Assembly (NCBI GenBank): GCA_964658305.1
Contig: OZ210885.1
Coordinates: 12,896,001 to 12,960,000, forward strand
Source of the DNA: Leptogorgia sarmentosa
Lineage: Eukaryota
Direction: 5' to 3'
DNA: 64,000 nt
Part shown: piece after piece, positions 12,178-26,800 of the stretch
Numbering within the stretch: position 1 is the first letter of the stretch
Layout of the letters: every line of letters begins with the position of its first letter
Notes under the pieces: model-generated
Database searches by the model: none
Seen by the model: the letters and a program-made list of their open reading frames with translations, nothing else
What the model was told of the DNA's origin: nothing
Made by a program: the position numbers and the translations under genes

Positions 12178-14365
12178 TAATACCGTGAGAAAGCTTGCTT
12201 TATAAATAATACATTTTTGGCAGTCCTGCTTTCGCGAGAGAGCAACAGCCATCCTGAGCATGCGCAGGCCAAATTACCCAATCAGATACCAGAATTAAAC
12301 ATTAAACAGTATTGCAACTCCTGCCTTCAAAAAATAGCAGGAGTAAAACACGAGTCGCGTGTAAATCAATGATTAACCGGAAATTGGCGCTCGTAGAGTC
12401 ACCGTTGCTAGGTAACAGACTAACAAAATCCTGAAATTACGTAAATCTTTCAGTAAGCGGGATTCTTTGCTTAATATCATTGTTGTCAATTTCCTGGACG
12501 CTGATTGGCTGAAAAGCTTCAACAACTGTGCAAATTAAACTTTAATTTGCACAGAGTGCACTGTGCAAATTGAACTTAATTGCATGGTTTCGAGCCGCGA
12601 TACATTATAAACACAAATAAATAGACGCTTATCAACGCTAAAATTCTTGTGTTTTTTTGTCATTTATTGTCAACTTTGGACAAAAAAGTTTAGTGAACGT
12701 GTACTAGAATGATATTAATACGAAATTACACTTGTTCTCGAAATATTAATGAAAAATTGCACTTGTGTTTGGCGAAAATATCTGCGAATTCGCAGATACT
12801 ATGCTATGACCCTGTTAGCTGTTAGCTGTTAGCTTCTAGCCAATAAGATGGCGGTCAAAATTGAAATAAGGCCAAAACGATATAATTAAATAATTTAATG
12901 ACATTTACATGTAATATTGTAATATTAGGTAATCTCACGATATTATGTATAAAGCCATAGTTTTATGCATATTGGAGGCACAAAGAAAGTTTTTTTGCAA
13001 GGAATTTTCTCGTATTTTTCACGAAAGAGTCGAAAGAGGAAGGTGAGAAATGCTGTATATGAGAACAGTCAACAGTCAACACTAACTAAACATCGCATAT
13101 TTGATAAGACAGCATGCTGATTTAGGAAATCTGTTTGAGTGTAGTTCTAGGTTTTAATGTTTTGTGCGTTAGCTTTGGGGTTCGATTAGTTTCATATTTA
13201 GGGTTAGCTTTAGTTTAGGTTCATTTATTGCTTGCAAACCAATACTTTAGTGATAGATTTAGGGGCAACCTGGACTTTTTAGCATGTCCGATTGCGCTTT
13301 CCGACGACTCATCCGTCAGTTCTGCTTCACCATTCGCAGATACATGTGCGCTTTGCGAACCTATTTTTCCTTATACTTCTCGAACCGTGTAATTTCCTAT
13401 ACTAAATTTTTTTAAAGAATAATGAAAAATGACCAGAATTTCGACGGGAGAAAGGAAAATAAAAAAAGGAATAATTCAAGTTCAGTTGGAAAATGTCCAT
13501 TTTATGGAAATTTTTAGTCCTGCTCAGCAGGACCAGCAGGACCGCTAGCTACGCGACTGAAGCTACAGTATGATAAGTATCCAAAGCCGTCAAATGTTTT
13601 ATATTCTTAAGGCTTATATTTAATCGACTGAATACGACAGTGGTGTGTCTTATAAATTGAATTTTCGTCTAGGAGGCTGTCGACAGTCACAGAATACGTA
13701 GTATACAAATAGCATACATCAAGCGCTTTTACTATACTCAAAGATCAGAATGACTATGTTCATGTTGATGTGCCCATGATAATCGAATTGTTGCCTAATG
13801 TAACTGAGATATAATTTTCAGCTCATCATAACTCCCTAATTTTTTTTTGAAAAGAATATATTTCTAACATGTATAATATTGCTTACTTACTAGAAATTAT
13901 TATATCCAATCGGAATCTAAATTCTCATTCTGTCAATGAATAAGTTATATTATTATTTATTTCAAAGAATTCAAGAGTTTTGATTGGTTAAGAGCAGTGC
14001 AATAAATCTTCATATACGACATTATGACGTAATTATGTCGTATATTGAAAATTATACGACATTATGACGTCGACTAATTTATTCTGCATATGCCAAAAGC
14101 GGGAAAATTGTGGAAAATACAAATGGCTTCCTCAAAGGAAAGGTTCTTCCAAACGTTTATACTGAGTTGAAATAAATTTGTTTGATTTAATTCTTGTTTA
14201 GCTATGTTGAATTGCTTTGACTGCGACCTTGAAATGTACAACAGCTATAAGAACATTTTCTCTTGTAGTCTGATTGGCTTATACAGTCTTGCTAACACTA
14301 TATTATTGTTCTATTTCCAGTACCTTGCAATTGCGTGTTTTTGCAAGCGCTATATACAAATAAAT

Positions 14366-14525
14366 AATAAAACAATTATTTAATTCTGTCCTCGTAGGAT
14401 ATAGGGAATTATTCAGGCCCTCGGTTTGTGTTATCTGCCTCAGCCTTCGGCTTCGGCAGATAACACAAACCTCGGCCTGAATAATTCCTCATATCCTACT
14501 CGGCCTCATTCAATAATTGTTTATT
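14366..14525. repeat. Long foldback of about 160 bp with a central GCCTTCGGC mini-hairpin
   Basis: gtaggatatagggaattattcaggcc...gtttgtgttatctgcc is mirrored by ggcagataacacaaac...ggcctgaataattcctcatatcctac. Confidence 0.8.
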
Positions 14526-15964
14526 GTATTCTCAATATAAATCAAACAAGTATAATATTTAAATAGATTAATTTCCTGCCGCGATTAGCTTTGCTATTGC
14601 AGGATTTGGATGTTGTATTGTAATGTGTACATTTGTTCAAATAAAGTTGAATGTAAAGGTTATCATATGAGGGATGAGGTGATATCAGTTTTATCGCTTG
14701 AGGGACGATATCACCAATATATAGGTAATAACAAATGCAAAAGGGGTGGATGATAAAATATCGCCATATCATAAATATTCAAAATGTTTCAACATTTTAT
14801 TTATTACATTTACATAAACTGTTTATTATATGGCTGAATTGAGTATTTGAGCATATGCTTTTCGCGCGAATTAAATCGGCTATCATCAGTTTCACTGGGT
14901 AACAGTATACGGTAGACATACATGCTCAATCTAAAACAATTTGGTTGTTTGAAAATTTTTATTTGAATTGGAAAATTAAAAAGCAAAATCTTTTCTTTTT
15001 GCGAAGCGAAATTTCCCGCCAGATAAACGACATCCGGAACACCGGTCCAGATACGGAAAATACGGACCACGGTCCGGATATGGGTTTTCACAGACCGCTT
15101 GTCAAACAATCAGAATAGAGAATTTTGAAAAGCCACATAATAAAAAAGAATATTGCCCGTCTGCGTCGGAGCAAGATGCATGCATACAACGTAAGCGTGT
15201 CTGGATTCATGTCATTCGACATTTTAGGGTAGAGCAGGGTAAACTGGCCATTTGTTATATTTCGTTATTTTTCCCAAAAAATGTGATCTATTTACAGGCT
15301 AATTTATGACAGAATTCCGTGCTCAGAACGCAGGAAATAGCATTTCCAAGGTTCAAAATTTGAAAATTTGCCCGAACCCCCTATTTTCCGAATATCGGCC
15401 ACGGTCCGATTTTAGTCTGGATCCGCGCCTGAATAACGTTCGTTTAGAAAAGCATTTGCCACCATGCAGCTATTGTATGATATTCAGGATTTATTCATTT
15501 TTCATGTTAGCTAAGTCCAAGCATTGACCGAATTAATTTTCGGTTCAAGCATATAGTCATTGGCTCTGCCGGATCAATCTACCTGCTCAGGTATCATCAT
15601 GTGACCAAGACTGGTTAATTGTTAGATACAATCAGCCTGAATCTTGCATCTTTGCTACATCACCCACTGACTACCGGGTGTCCCAAAAAACTTCGCCCGT
15701 TCGATTTTATATAGCTAGCGTAAAAACTATAAAAGCTATTGAGGTGAGATAAATTTCACGGCATGCAAAAAGAGCTTGTAAATATGTATATATGACTTAG
15801 ATTTTTAGATAACAAGTGTAGTTTAAGTTTTCTTTTCTTTGTGGTGATTAAGGTAAACATATACTGAAGATTTTTCCGTGTTTAAATAAAGAATGATTGA
15901 TTGATTGATTGATTGAGCTAACTTAGTATTTGATATAGTATAACAATAAATTTTTCGTGCAATA

Positions 15965-16736
15965 CAGGGTGTATCAAAAAAAAGTTTACTGATGAAAAAC
16001 ATTCTCTGAACTAACGAGCGCTCAAAATTTCCAAAAACTTTCGGTTAGCATGGGTAGTTTAACACCCTCTGGTATGTCTAGCACTAAGCTTATTTTAAAA
16101 ACAAACTTTTTTAGAATGGGAAATGTGGTTACTGAAAGGCCGATTAAAAACGGCTTGCGCGGAAAAAATAAGTTTTCTTCACACAATTTGATTGAGTCGG
16201 ATGAAAATATGGAGTATGATATACAAGCTATTCAAGTTTTGAGAAATTTTGTGCACGCTGAGACGAACATGCGATGTCCGAAAACTGGATTTTCCGCAAT
16301 TTATTCGCGTAATTACGGACTTTTGGGAATTAGCTTCCAATTTGCATTGGTAATTATGGAAATATCCAATTATGCAAAAATTAATCGCTAATCACGCAGA
16401 AAAGAACGCAAAATCTAGTTTTCGGACATCGCCCGTTCGTCTCAGCGTGCACCAAATTTCTCAAAACTTGAATAGCCTGTATCATACTCCATATTTTCAT
16501 CCGATTAAATCAAATTGTGTGGAGAAAACTTATTTTTTCCGCGCAAGCCGTTTTTAAAGAGCCTTTCAGTAGCCACATTTCCCATTCTGAAAAAGTTTGT
16601 TTTTAAAATAAACTTAGTGCTAGATATACCAGAGGGTGTTAAACTACCCATGCTAACCGAAAGTTTTTGGAAATTTTGAGCGCTCGTTAGTTTAGAGAAT
16701 GTTTTTCATGAGTAAACTTTTTTTTGATACACCCTG
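15965..16736. mobile_element. Tc1/mariner-type MITE, almost entirely palindromic
   Basis: TA-CAGGGTGTATCAAAAAAAAGTTTAC ... GTAAACTTTTTTTTGATACACCCTG-TA, with arms matching over more than 300 bp. A partial copy lies at about 53865-54280. Confidence 0.88.
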
Positions 16737-17229
16737 TATTGACTAAAATCGTCGTCAAAACGATAAAAATCACTGCATCAAACTGAACTGAAAGCAATTA
16801 TCGCTTAAGATGGAATATGTAATTTCAGCGCTTTTATCTTCAATTCTCGGTCATTTGTTTGATATTAAAACTATTTCAATTAAATTTAATTCTTTCGAAA
16901 GTTCTGTTGAATTTTCTATGCTGTTTCATGCTACTTTCTAGTGATCCAAAAAAACCAAAATTATAAATAATTTATATGGAATTACTGATATACATCGCCG
17001 TGTATATGTAAGTGTGTGTAAAATTGTCTGGTGTTGTTGCAAATGAAACATTCGTACTGCATGCGTTCGTCGGAAGGGTCGGAATGTTCAGAATGGTTTT
17101 ACCGTCAGACCAAACTGGTAGCAGGAAACGGTTAAAGTTGCCGAGTATACATGAATATCGAAAGACAATTCGAACAATATGCAGAAATAGAATTAGCCGC
17201 AGACGCGCAGCAAGAAATTGATCGACGGC

Positions 17230-18230
17230 GATGAAGAGAAAACCGATGAGCGAGAATGAGTGCCTTGACATACCAAAATTTCGGAAAGCAAGGACCAAAA
17301 CAGATTTAACTAAAACGAGAAGTAAGTTACTAAGTTTGCTCAACGAAGAAGAATGATACGGTCGAAGACAGGTAGGAGAAATACGACAGAAATTGAGCGA
17401 TAAACAGGATCAAGCTATAGCGGTAAACGAAGCATTTGCAATAGAGTATTCAAGCAGATGCGGCAGAAAAGCCTTAAGAAAAGATAAGTTAGAAGGGATA
17501 GAGACACTTGATGCGGAATTTAAAAGTTTTCAGGATGGCGCGAGTTGAAGTATATTTAGATATGACATTCGTCGAATTGTAGTTCGCAGACAGGCGCGTT
17601 GATTAAAAGTTAGGAATATCACGCAATTTCCTCGTGAACAATTGGTACAAGATGAACAAAAGAGTTTGATCAACCTCCCGATGAGTAAGAGTTCTGCCGT
17701 GTAGTCTTTGGGATCAATTCGTCGCCATTTCATGCTCAGTACGTGGTACAGCGACATCCAAAGGAATTACAACAAGATCATCCAATGGCAGCTGAAACGA
17801 TTGAATATTCGACGTACATGGACGAATAGCATTGAGTCCGCTTCGACAGATCGTCAGCGTGTCGAACTACATCACAAGTTAAGTGAGCTATACGAGAAAG
17901 CTAACATGTATCCACATAAGTGGTTGTCAAATTCCTTGGCGGTGTTAAAGATCATTCCAGAAGAGAAACAAGCAAGGAACGTCCTATTAAACAAATCAAG
18001 TGATTTGCCAACAGTGTAGAAAACTATCAGAATGAAATGGTTAGCTGATGAAATTTGGTTCACCCTTCAGGCAGAATTTGTTAAGGACGAGTTTCCACAC
18101 CAAACGAAATTTTTTTAAGAGCATGGCAGCTCTTTTCGATCCCATGGGTTTCCTAGCACCTTTGCATGATAATCCAAGCTAAAATCATTCATTGAGAAAT
18201 ATGGACACGAGGAATTGACTGGGAGGTTAT
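17230..18230 (+). pseudogene. Highly decayed BEL/Pao retrotransposon fragment
   Basis: Remnants such as TYMDE..ESAST..RVELHHKLSELYEKANMYPHKWLSNS and FDPMGFLAP match the RT/RNase H region of the intact BEL copy at 48774-49400. Many stops. Confidence 0.65.
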
Positions 18231-18731
18231 ATTTCTACATTTTTCAGTGTGTCTTTTACAACATTCATTGCTTCAGCAGCAGTTTCAGTGAGCTTCTCTA
18301 ATGGCTTTAGTTTTGCTTTCTTTTTATTGTGATAAAAGGCTTGTCCTTAGTGTTTTCATCAGTACTGACCTCAGTTGATTGTTGATCTAAGCGCAAGGAT
18401 GAGGGCTGTAGTGCTAGCTCAGGTTTACACGAATTTTTTAGTTGCTCTCTCGTTTAACATGCACAGAAAGAATTTTTTCAAATATCTCACCTTTTTTCCG
18501 ATTTTTAGAGTTGGTGAAAACCAATTTTTGTTCATAGTATTCATCATTGAAAACTATATCTCGTTTCAGACTTCCAATTTGACTTTCTTCCAGGCTTTTC
18601 TTTTCCTCTACTTTACAATCTTCATCAGATGGAGTGCTATTAGCCAGTTGTTTCAGTGTAAAAAAGATACTTTTAGTATTCCACCCAATCTCTACTTCAG
18701 GCGAAGTTAGCTGATAATTCTTTGCCAACAA
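18230..18731 (-). pseudogene. Decayed Myb/SANT-like (trihelix) gene remnant, possibly a Harbinger accessory gene
   Basis: DIVFNDEYYEQKLVFTNSKNRKKGEIFEKIL resembles invertebrate Myb/SANT-like proteins as recalled. Frameshifted and truncated. Confidence 0.35.
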
Positions 18732-19731
18732 ATTGTCATTCTAAATCCGTAAATTCCGCCTCATTTCTGACAGTAAGGAATGTGGATGGTATAAAAGATT
18801 TACAACAGTGCAAATACATGATTGGTTTGTATATTTATGAATTTAACACGATTTCTTTTTACAAAAAAATAGTACTTTTATTTAATGAGAGAGTGTGGCA
18901 AGGGGTAGAGAGCAAATGGATTTTACAGCATTACTCATAGCTGGCGGTAGCTCTCCATTACTCAAATCAAGTAAACCCACTTGGTAGCACACTACTTGGT
19001 AGCACATCTTTACAGCATTAAGTACATGTTGTTTTAAAATGTATCGAAAATTAATCGCCTAAAATGGTTTGAAGATAAATTATCTTTTGATTTTCTTTTC
19101 AATTCCTTTTTTCCCTAAATAGCATTCGTCTTCATTACAATCCGTTGTTTTTATTTCACACACAGCCAGGCTAGGGGTTTCTTCATCACATTCAGGTTCC
19201 GAACATCTTGTACAACAATACACTTTACACTTTATGCAAATATTATTTAATTTATTTTGTTTCGAAAGTGCAGGATGAGCAAATACCTTTCCCCGCCATT
19301 TTTAAACACATGTATGTAAGCTTTCGACAGCGAGCATGACGACGTGAGACAAAAATCTTGGATATTAATGGATAATCAGTGTCAATTATTGAAAATAAAA
19401 TTATTTTTAATTACAATAATTTATGCCTTAGATTTTGCACATTCATTTGTTACTTCCTATTAACTATGTCTTTTGTATAGGTATTTTATATCTAATCATA
19501 GTCTTGATATAAGAACTGTGTCATTAAATTCTGCCCCTTTATCAGCCTTTTTTTGATATCTCGGAAGTAAGTGATAAAGACTGCGCGCGCGTGATTGGCT
19601 GACAGCCGTGTTGATGTGAGATTATGTAAACACAGCTATTTGCCGCTGCTTTATCGCTGCTCTCTCGCTATTCCGTTATTCCGCTCTTGTCAACGTGTTT
19701 TTTTTATAAAAGTAATACAAAACATTTTCTT

Positions 19732-19879
19732 ATGTTTACGTTGAGTTATGTAAACACGAGTGGAAGTTTGGGAGAATTCGAAATGTGTGGAAAAACTCGC
19801 CCCCCGAAGAGCGAGTGTTTCCACGCATTTCTCGTTCTCCCAAACTTGCACTCGCGTTTACATAACTCGATGTAAACAT
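19732..19879. repeat. Long foldback of about 150 bp at the end of a dispersed repeat
   Basis: gagttatgtaaacacgagtggaagtttgggagaa is mirrored by ttctcccaaacttgcactcgcgtttacataactc. The upstream part (19569-19610) recurs at 42820-42861. Confidence 0.8.
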
Positions 19880-20366
19880 GGACAATGTTTTCTCTTCCTT
19901 AATTACTAATTATATGCGCAATTTTTCTTAATAGAAGGCAATTGGTTATAAACCTGAACTCTGACGGAGATAAAGGGGTGTTAAAAGTATCACAAGGTTT
20001 AACCACATAGAATTCACAAAAAATGTAAGTAAACTCTCCATTGAAATCAGATGTTGGTATTGCTGTTCTGAACTAATAAGTGGCATTCGTTGACACGTAA
20101 GCAATCTGTGGAAATGATTTCAATAGTCAAGGGAATGCAATTTCCTGAAAGCTTAAAATTTGGTTTCAACACCGATTGAAATAGATGGACAGAAAAACCA
20201 GTGAATAATTAGTTGCGATTTGTGAGGTCACATGGTGTGCCGAGTGCATGGAAATAAAGTTTATCGTGGACGAGATTCTAAAATTTACCGTTGTCAAAAT
20301 ATCTTTTAAATAAATGATATATAAAATTTAAACCTTTTTAGAAACGTTAAAATAGAAGATCTTGAG

Positions 20367-20879
20367 ATGTCCTTAACTAACAAAACAATTTCGACTGAAA
20401 TGGAGAAAGAGAAAGTAGAAAAACTGCAGACATCGATTAGAAACCTGAAGGAGGAGGATAACTTTAGAGACTGCGAAGAACTCATCCGATTATTCTTCGA
20501 AAAGATATCAGGAATTACGGACCAAAATAAGAAAGAAGATCTTCTTGCTGAACTTAAATCTGCTTCATGTTGTGGATTGTGTGGCGAATTAAAGAAACTG
20601 GTTAAAAATAATGGCTTGACTATGGAGGCACTTGATCTTGTGCTGAAATATCGAAACACAAGAGAAGACCTTGCCAAATTTTTTTATAATGAGAAAAAGA
20701 GCGATAATACTGATCCCGGATTCGTGGCTTTAAGAAGCAGACTGGGTCCAAATCTTGAAGTTCTTGGTGGATTGTTACACGAGGGAATTAATGATGTATC
20801 GAAAGAGTGGGTCAAAAGACTAGTTGAAGAGGCTCCGTCCTTTCGAGCTCTTTCCAGAATGTCTGTCCCTGATGTTGAG
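20367..20879 (+). CDS. Host gene coding exon 1 (helical N-terminus)
   Basis: Acceptor ccttttta-g at 20341, ATG at 20367, donor GAG|GTAGG at 20880; 171 codons, phase 0. Confidence 0.75.
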
Positions 20880-23800
20880 GTAGGATTAAGTCAGTCAAAT
20901 AAACAAGGTTGCACTGGGAGGGTTATTTCTGCTCGGCTATTTAGAGCCACCCACATTTAGGCAATCAGCGCTAATAAAAAGTTGTGCGAGTAGTTGTATC
21001 TTTCGTTATTCTGTATGAAACTAGTCGAAATTTTGTAATTATTTTGGTTATGAGAACTGCATACCTCTGACAAAAATATGGAATATTCAGTTGTTATAAT
21101 CGAATATTGAGACATCGCCTGTCCACAGTGCATGGGTGCCCATCACTGATCTCGATGGCCGCATTTCTAATACTAACGAAATTTATATGTATGTAATTAT
21201 ATGTATATCATCGTATTAATCTCAATATGAATTATCCGGATGGAGAAGCAGGACATATTGCTCCATGTTTCAAATGCCGATGGTTTAATACGACCGAATA
21301 GAGGATAAGAAATACCAAACCACTGAGGAACAAAAGGAATTTGAACAGTGTTTGATAAATATATTTGAATATTGCAAGAACTGGTTGGTAGATCATTCGC
21401 ACACGTATGAAAGGCACGGTCTTGAAACGGAAGAAGTTTGGGTCTTGTTTGTATTACAGAAAGATATCTAATGACGATAGTACGTTGAATGTTCTGGAAA
21501 ACACGTCTCACATGTTAAAGGTGAAAATAGTACCGAATTTTACACAAATTTTTCATTTTCATCACATTCTCATTTTTCATGACAATGCAGTTTCAAACAA
21601 ATTTTGTAGAGTTCTATCTGCCATTAAAAATAAAAAGTATTTTTGTTGGATAAATTATTTCCTTGCAAGTGAAGATGGTAGAAGCAGATGTGAACGTTTT
21701 AGAGTACACTAATAGAAAGCGACAATTTCAATAAGTTCTTGATTTTACATAAAATGTAATGATGTAAAATGTAATGTAAAGATGTTTTGGGTTTTGCCAT
21801 TTCCACGTCTGAACTCTGATGTTTTCTCACTTCGCCCATTTTGGTAATACCTCCACTGAGACTGAGTAATCCCATAAAAGGTATGTAAGGTGCAATCCAA
21901 AGCGTTATCGTTTCCATGTCGCTTGTTAGGAAACTATCCCTTTTTTAGTTTTTCTTCCAACATCTCACCATTGTCAATCACGTCCAATCTTTCCAGTAAC
22001 GCACTGAATGTTTGAAACATCATGTTACACAGTGCCATTGCTGCTTTTTCAATTTATTCCGCTTCCTAAAATCCATATAATTTTTCAATGGTTTCTCGTG
22101 TGGCCTTTACCAACTGCTTTTCTGTTTTTCACAGTGAGTTTTTGTTGCCTTGTCGTAGCTATGCAAACAATTTCGCACTTTCTTTTCTGTGCCGTGGTTG
22201 TCCGTTATATTTTCTTCCGGTGGTAATGCCAGAAAAGTGGTTTTCCTCATTCATGTATTAGTAGAATCAAAAATAATTGTAGGGATGTCTTAGATTGATG
22301 GTCAAGTGGGAATACCTATCTTCTGTAAGATGTTTCATGATCCTATCAAACTCTTCCTCACTTGTGTATACCGTACATTAAGTTATTCACGATGTATTTA
22401 ACATGCATCCTCTTTGTTAGGTATGTAAAAGAGAATGATTTGTCAGATGATATCTCGAATGGTTTTGGCTACACTTGTAAATACTTGTGTGAGAATGAAT
22501 ATACTTTGACAAGTGTATCTCCCTGACAAAGCCATTTTTTAATGTCTCCAGTTCTATTTTTCAATGTTCTTCGTACTAGCATAGTAATCTAAAACAATAA
22601 CCGTTCTTTTTTCAACGTAAGAATCACAAACGTATTTAAAAGCCTGTTCGATATGATCCGGACTAAGATCGATGCAAATAAATTTTGAATCGTCGTGTTA
22701 CTTCCATTCTTCATTTGTTTTGTTATGTCTGTCCGTAGGAAATAACAACATGATGTATTCATACATTTGTTTGTAGGCGGTAGCCAGAAGTCTTAACAGT
22801 TCTATTTTTCCATCATTAAGTTCATGGGCATGCCATTGTCTTTCTTTTATTTAAGTTAATATAGGACTTGGTGCAATACATTCCCCATGACTTTAATCAT
22901 TCCATCAGAGATAACAAAAATATGACATACGACATTCTCTTTCTTCTTAATAGCAAATTGAATACCAGATTTTGTGGTTGTTATTGTTCGTTCTGTGTTG
23001 TATAAGGATGGGTCTTGTTCTGAAAGTGAAATCCACGAGAAAGTGGTTTTTATAAAAGCTTTTTAAAGTGGCTGGACAATTGTCTGTGTTCCTACTGAAG
23101 AATCATTTAGCTTCGTTGTAAAACCTTCCTTTGGGAATACCCTGACCGTATACCTTATTTGGTGTGCCTTCCACAGTAGCATTCCCCCTTTCAATGTAAG
23201 GATACACGAATTCCTCACTATCTGTTCTTCACTGTTTTATTTCAGAAAAGCATTAATACAGCTTCGAGTGATTTCCGTGGAAAGTTAATGGTTTCGTTCT
23301 CAATGGTGGAATCTATATTCCAATTTACCGTTTTCACGGCCGTCATGCATGTGTTCATACACCAAACTACCCCCTTGTTCGTATTGGAAATTGGCTTGTG
23401 ATGCTAATTGCTGACTATCGATTTTTCGCATTCCAACTCGTGCTTTTCCAATGTGTGCCCTTCCACGTTTTTCCTTGCTGAGCTAGCTATCAGATGATGA
23501 TGTTAGAAGCTCCTGGTACCGTGATGACAAATAGCTAGGATTGGAATTTTACTGTGAAAAGCGTCGCTGACACCGTGATCTCCAATAATTATATCCAATT
23601 TAATCTTTTGAATTTTTCAAAAGGTGCTGTCGTCATCCACGCATCTGTCACTTTGGCATTATACCCTGGAGAGCTCTGCACTGATGACGTCTCCAAAAAT
23701 TAGTTTTTTGTAGGTTTTCACTCGATCCCAATGCCGTATTCCACCATATTATTCCTCATCCTTTCATTTAATTCTTTCTACCAATTATCTGGAGGGTTCA

Positions 23801-26800
23801 AAACAAATGCAACCCTGTGGGTTGCATAGAAGAGACGCCGAAAAATTAGTCAACGTTCTTAACTGAACCTAACCTCATTCCATCAGTTCGAGGACAGACT
23901 GACTGAGTTTTCTTTTATAAGTGCATGTACGGTAGTATAGATCTTGATATTTCGTAGCATGTTGAAGTAACAACTGGCAGAATACGCGCAGGCACCTCTG
24001 GCCTTCTAAAAACGCAATCATGCAGAACAAATCGTCAATATTTTTGAAGTGAAGTTATAGGGTTCCAAAGTCAGGCGATAATACGATTGTCTATGGCAAA
24101 ACCTACCTGCATCATGCTAGCACCTCTTGCACTCTTGACTACGCTAGTTCGCAATTTCCCCCATTTGACTAATTTCCTATTATGATTTGGTGTAATTGCA
24201 TATGATTGGGTTTCTGAATTTCAGAAACTCAAAATATTTAGTAGTTTTCAGGCTAATTATATTGATTTCGATCACCTGCACAAGTTGATCAAAACCTGGG
24301 GACGGTGAATGCCTAAATTTGGTAACAGAGCAAATAAAGCTTTTTATCTAAACAGAAGTTGATTCTTTTTATTAGATTGTTTGTAAAGAAGCTAGTCGTG
24401 CTGAAAAAGAAATTGTAAACATTGTGGTGAGAACTGCACATGGTCGTACCAAACAGGAAGCTAATCCACAAGATGTTGAAGAAATTGTTGCAAAGGAAAA
24501 ACGTGAAAAGGTTTTTCACCAAGAGAACCTGAAAAAAGCAACAGCGTTGCTGAATGAAGCAAAAGAATTAGTTAAGCAGCAATCCGAAGAAGCAAATAAA
24601 GCTGCGAACGAAAAAGTGGCAGAGATTTCGAAAATTATTCAACTTCCTCCAGACTGGAATAAACAGGATAATGGACTTGAACCAGAAAAACTTCTTGAGA
24701 AGTTGGAAGGAATTATAGAGCAGCTGGAAAGTGTGGTTGAAGTTGGAGAAGCCTACACGAGTGATGTCGAAGTAGTCAGAAAAGCCAGCGGTGGTCGCGC
24801 TCTCTGTGGGATACATCATTCAGAACATAACCCTCCAACAACAGCTGAATTACCTATTATTGTAATGCCAATGGAATTGAACCTTGCAAGTCCCCACAAA
24901 TCGGTGCTGGTAGATTACATGAAATTTTCGCAAAGCCGGGCTGCTGCAAATTACACAGAAGCGGTGAAATCGTCAAGTGGGAACATTGGAAGAGGAATAA
25001 AAGGTTTTTACGGATTGCTTGCTGGAGATGGGAATATAAACGATTTTTTCAGATGTAATGAAGGTAGGAAGAAATTATTTCTTTGATTATTCGATATATA
25101 TACAGGGGGTGGAGAAAAAAAAGTGGCCCCCAGAACAATTCGGTTTATAAGCGGCAAGCTCCACAACCTTGTAGATTTAAGGAAATATACTTAGATGAAC
25201 AATAATCTAAGATGAACAATAAAAATTAACATTTTGCTTAGGTCGAACTCAAACCAAACGGGGTTCTGCATTCCCGATTACTTGAGAGAGATGTTTTTCA
25301 GTAAAAACTGAATTTTTATCGAGGGCCACTTTTTTTTGTCCACCCCCTGTATATATATATATATAGAGGGTGTATAAAAAAAAACGCAATCCTACGTTCA
25401 AATGCAATTTTCATAACGAAAAATTGAGATAGCTTGAATTTATTAAAAATTTAACTTTAGTTGGTTACAATCATTCAACGTGGCCTGGCTTTCTCACCAC
25501 ACACAAATCACTTCGACGTTGCATTTCCCGTGCAACTCTTCTTATTAGTTCATGATTTCCATGTAAAGCATCTGCTTCAAGCTGTATCTGCCGGTATTTA
25601 AGTACGTTACGCCAAACGGTCGTCGAATTTGGGACTTGTCGATCCGGGAAAGCTATTCGAAACAATCTTAAAACTTCCTGAATACTTTTTGTTACAAAGT
25701 AACCTTCAACAATAAAAGTTATTTCTGCTGTAGTGAGCTGTGGCATGGTGCCTAAGACTTTAAAATTATTTCGCGAAAATATTTCAAACAAAATATTCGC
25801 ATGCAACGATAACGTCCCCTTCGGAATTAAGAACGTCGAATTCGAAGCATCTAAAAATGACTGCTTGCAATAAATCACTCATTTTGAAGTCCTAAATGGC
25901 CTAAAAAGTCACAATCGACCACTTATTGAGTAGAAAAAAGATAGGGCTAAAACATGAACTAAAAGTTAAGACATGGAAATCTATATTATTTTGGTTATAA
26001 AGCCTTAAACTTGGATTGCGTTTTTTTTATACACCCTGTATATATAAACTTTATTTGATTTTTCGTACAAGATACAAGAGTGCTCAATACCAAAAATATT
26101 TAGCAGAGCAATTTAACAATTTTATTAAATTATCTTAAAACAAATTTATCGCTACTTAAAGTTTCATGCCAGTATCTCTGCACTGTTATTTTCAGGGTGT
26201 TATTTTAACACCAAAAAGAGGGGTTACGGCATTTAGTCTAAAATAATCCTTTTTTAGGGGTTACAAATAACTCCAATAAGGGTGTTAAAATTTAACCCCA
26301 GTTTTGGAGTTAAAATAACACCAGTTTAGGTGTTAAAATATAACACCTTTTGAGGAGTTAAATAAATCTAACTCTGTTTCAGGGGGTTAAAAAATTCATT
26401 CGTCGAATTTCAGAAACAAACCTTCCCAAATGGTCCATTTATATCTTTAGCTATGTTATCGTCTTTGAAAAAACATTATTTTCCGTCATCATTAAATAAT
26501 TTAAAATATCGAAGTGTCAGTTGCATAGCAACTGCGAAAGAATTACTGTTATCGCTATCCACAAATATACATGCACATACACGGAAATATACAACTTACA
26601 ACAGAATCATAACAGAAATAAAGTCAATGAGTCGCATGCATATTGTTTAAGTATGTGCAGTACCAGCTTTGTTGATAGGCTTAAAAAGCATCACAAGAAT
26701 GTGCATGGCAAGGACAAGAAGTTTTGGTCAGTTCATTCTAAACCACATGTTGTGTAATTCAAGAATCACCCATATTAAAATTGTAAAGACATTTGATTAC

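Noticed and set aside
15790..15915. Possible LINE 3' tails with AATAAA + (GATT)n, also at 44600-44640
   Set aside because: Suggestive, but I could not establish a coding remnant or TSD, so they are not listed as features.
20880..20960. ORF-track tails of 20367-20960, 24424-25086 and 39689-40447
   Set aside because: Each runs past a good GT donor into intron sequence, so the tails are not considered coding.
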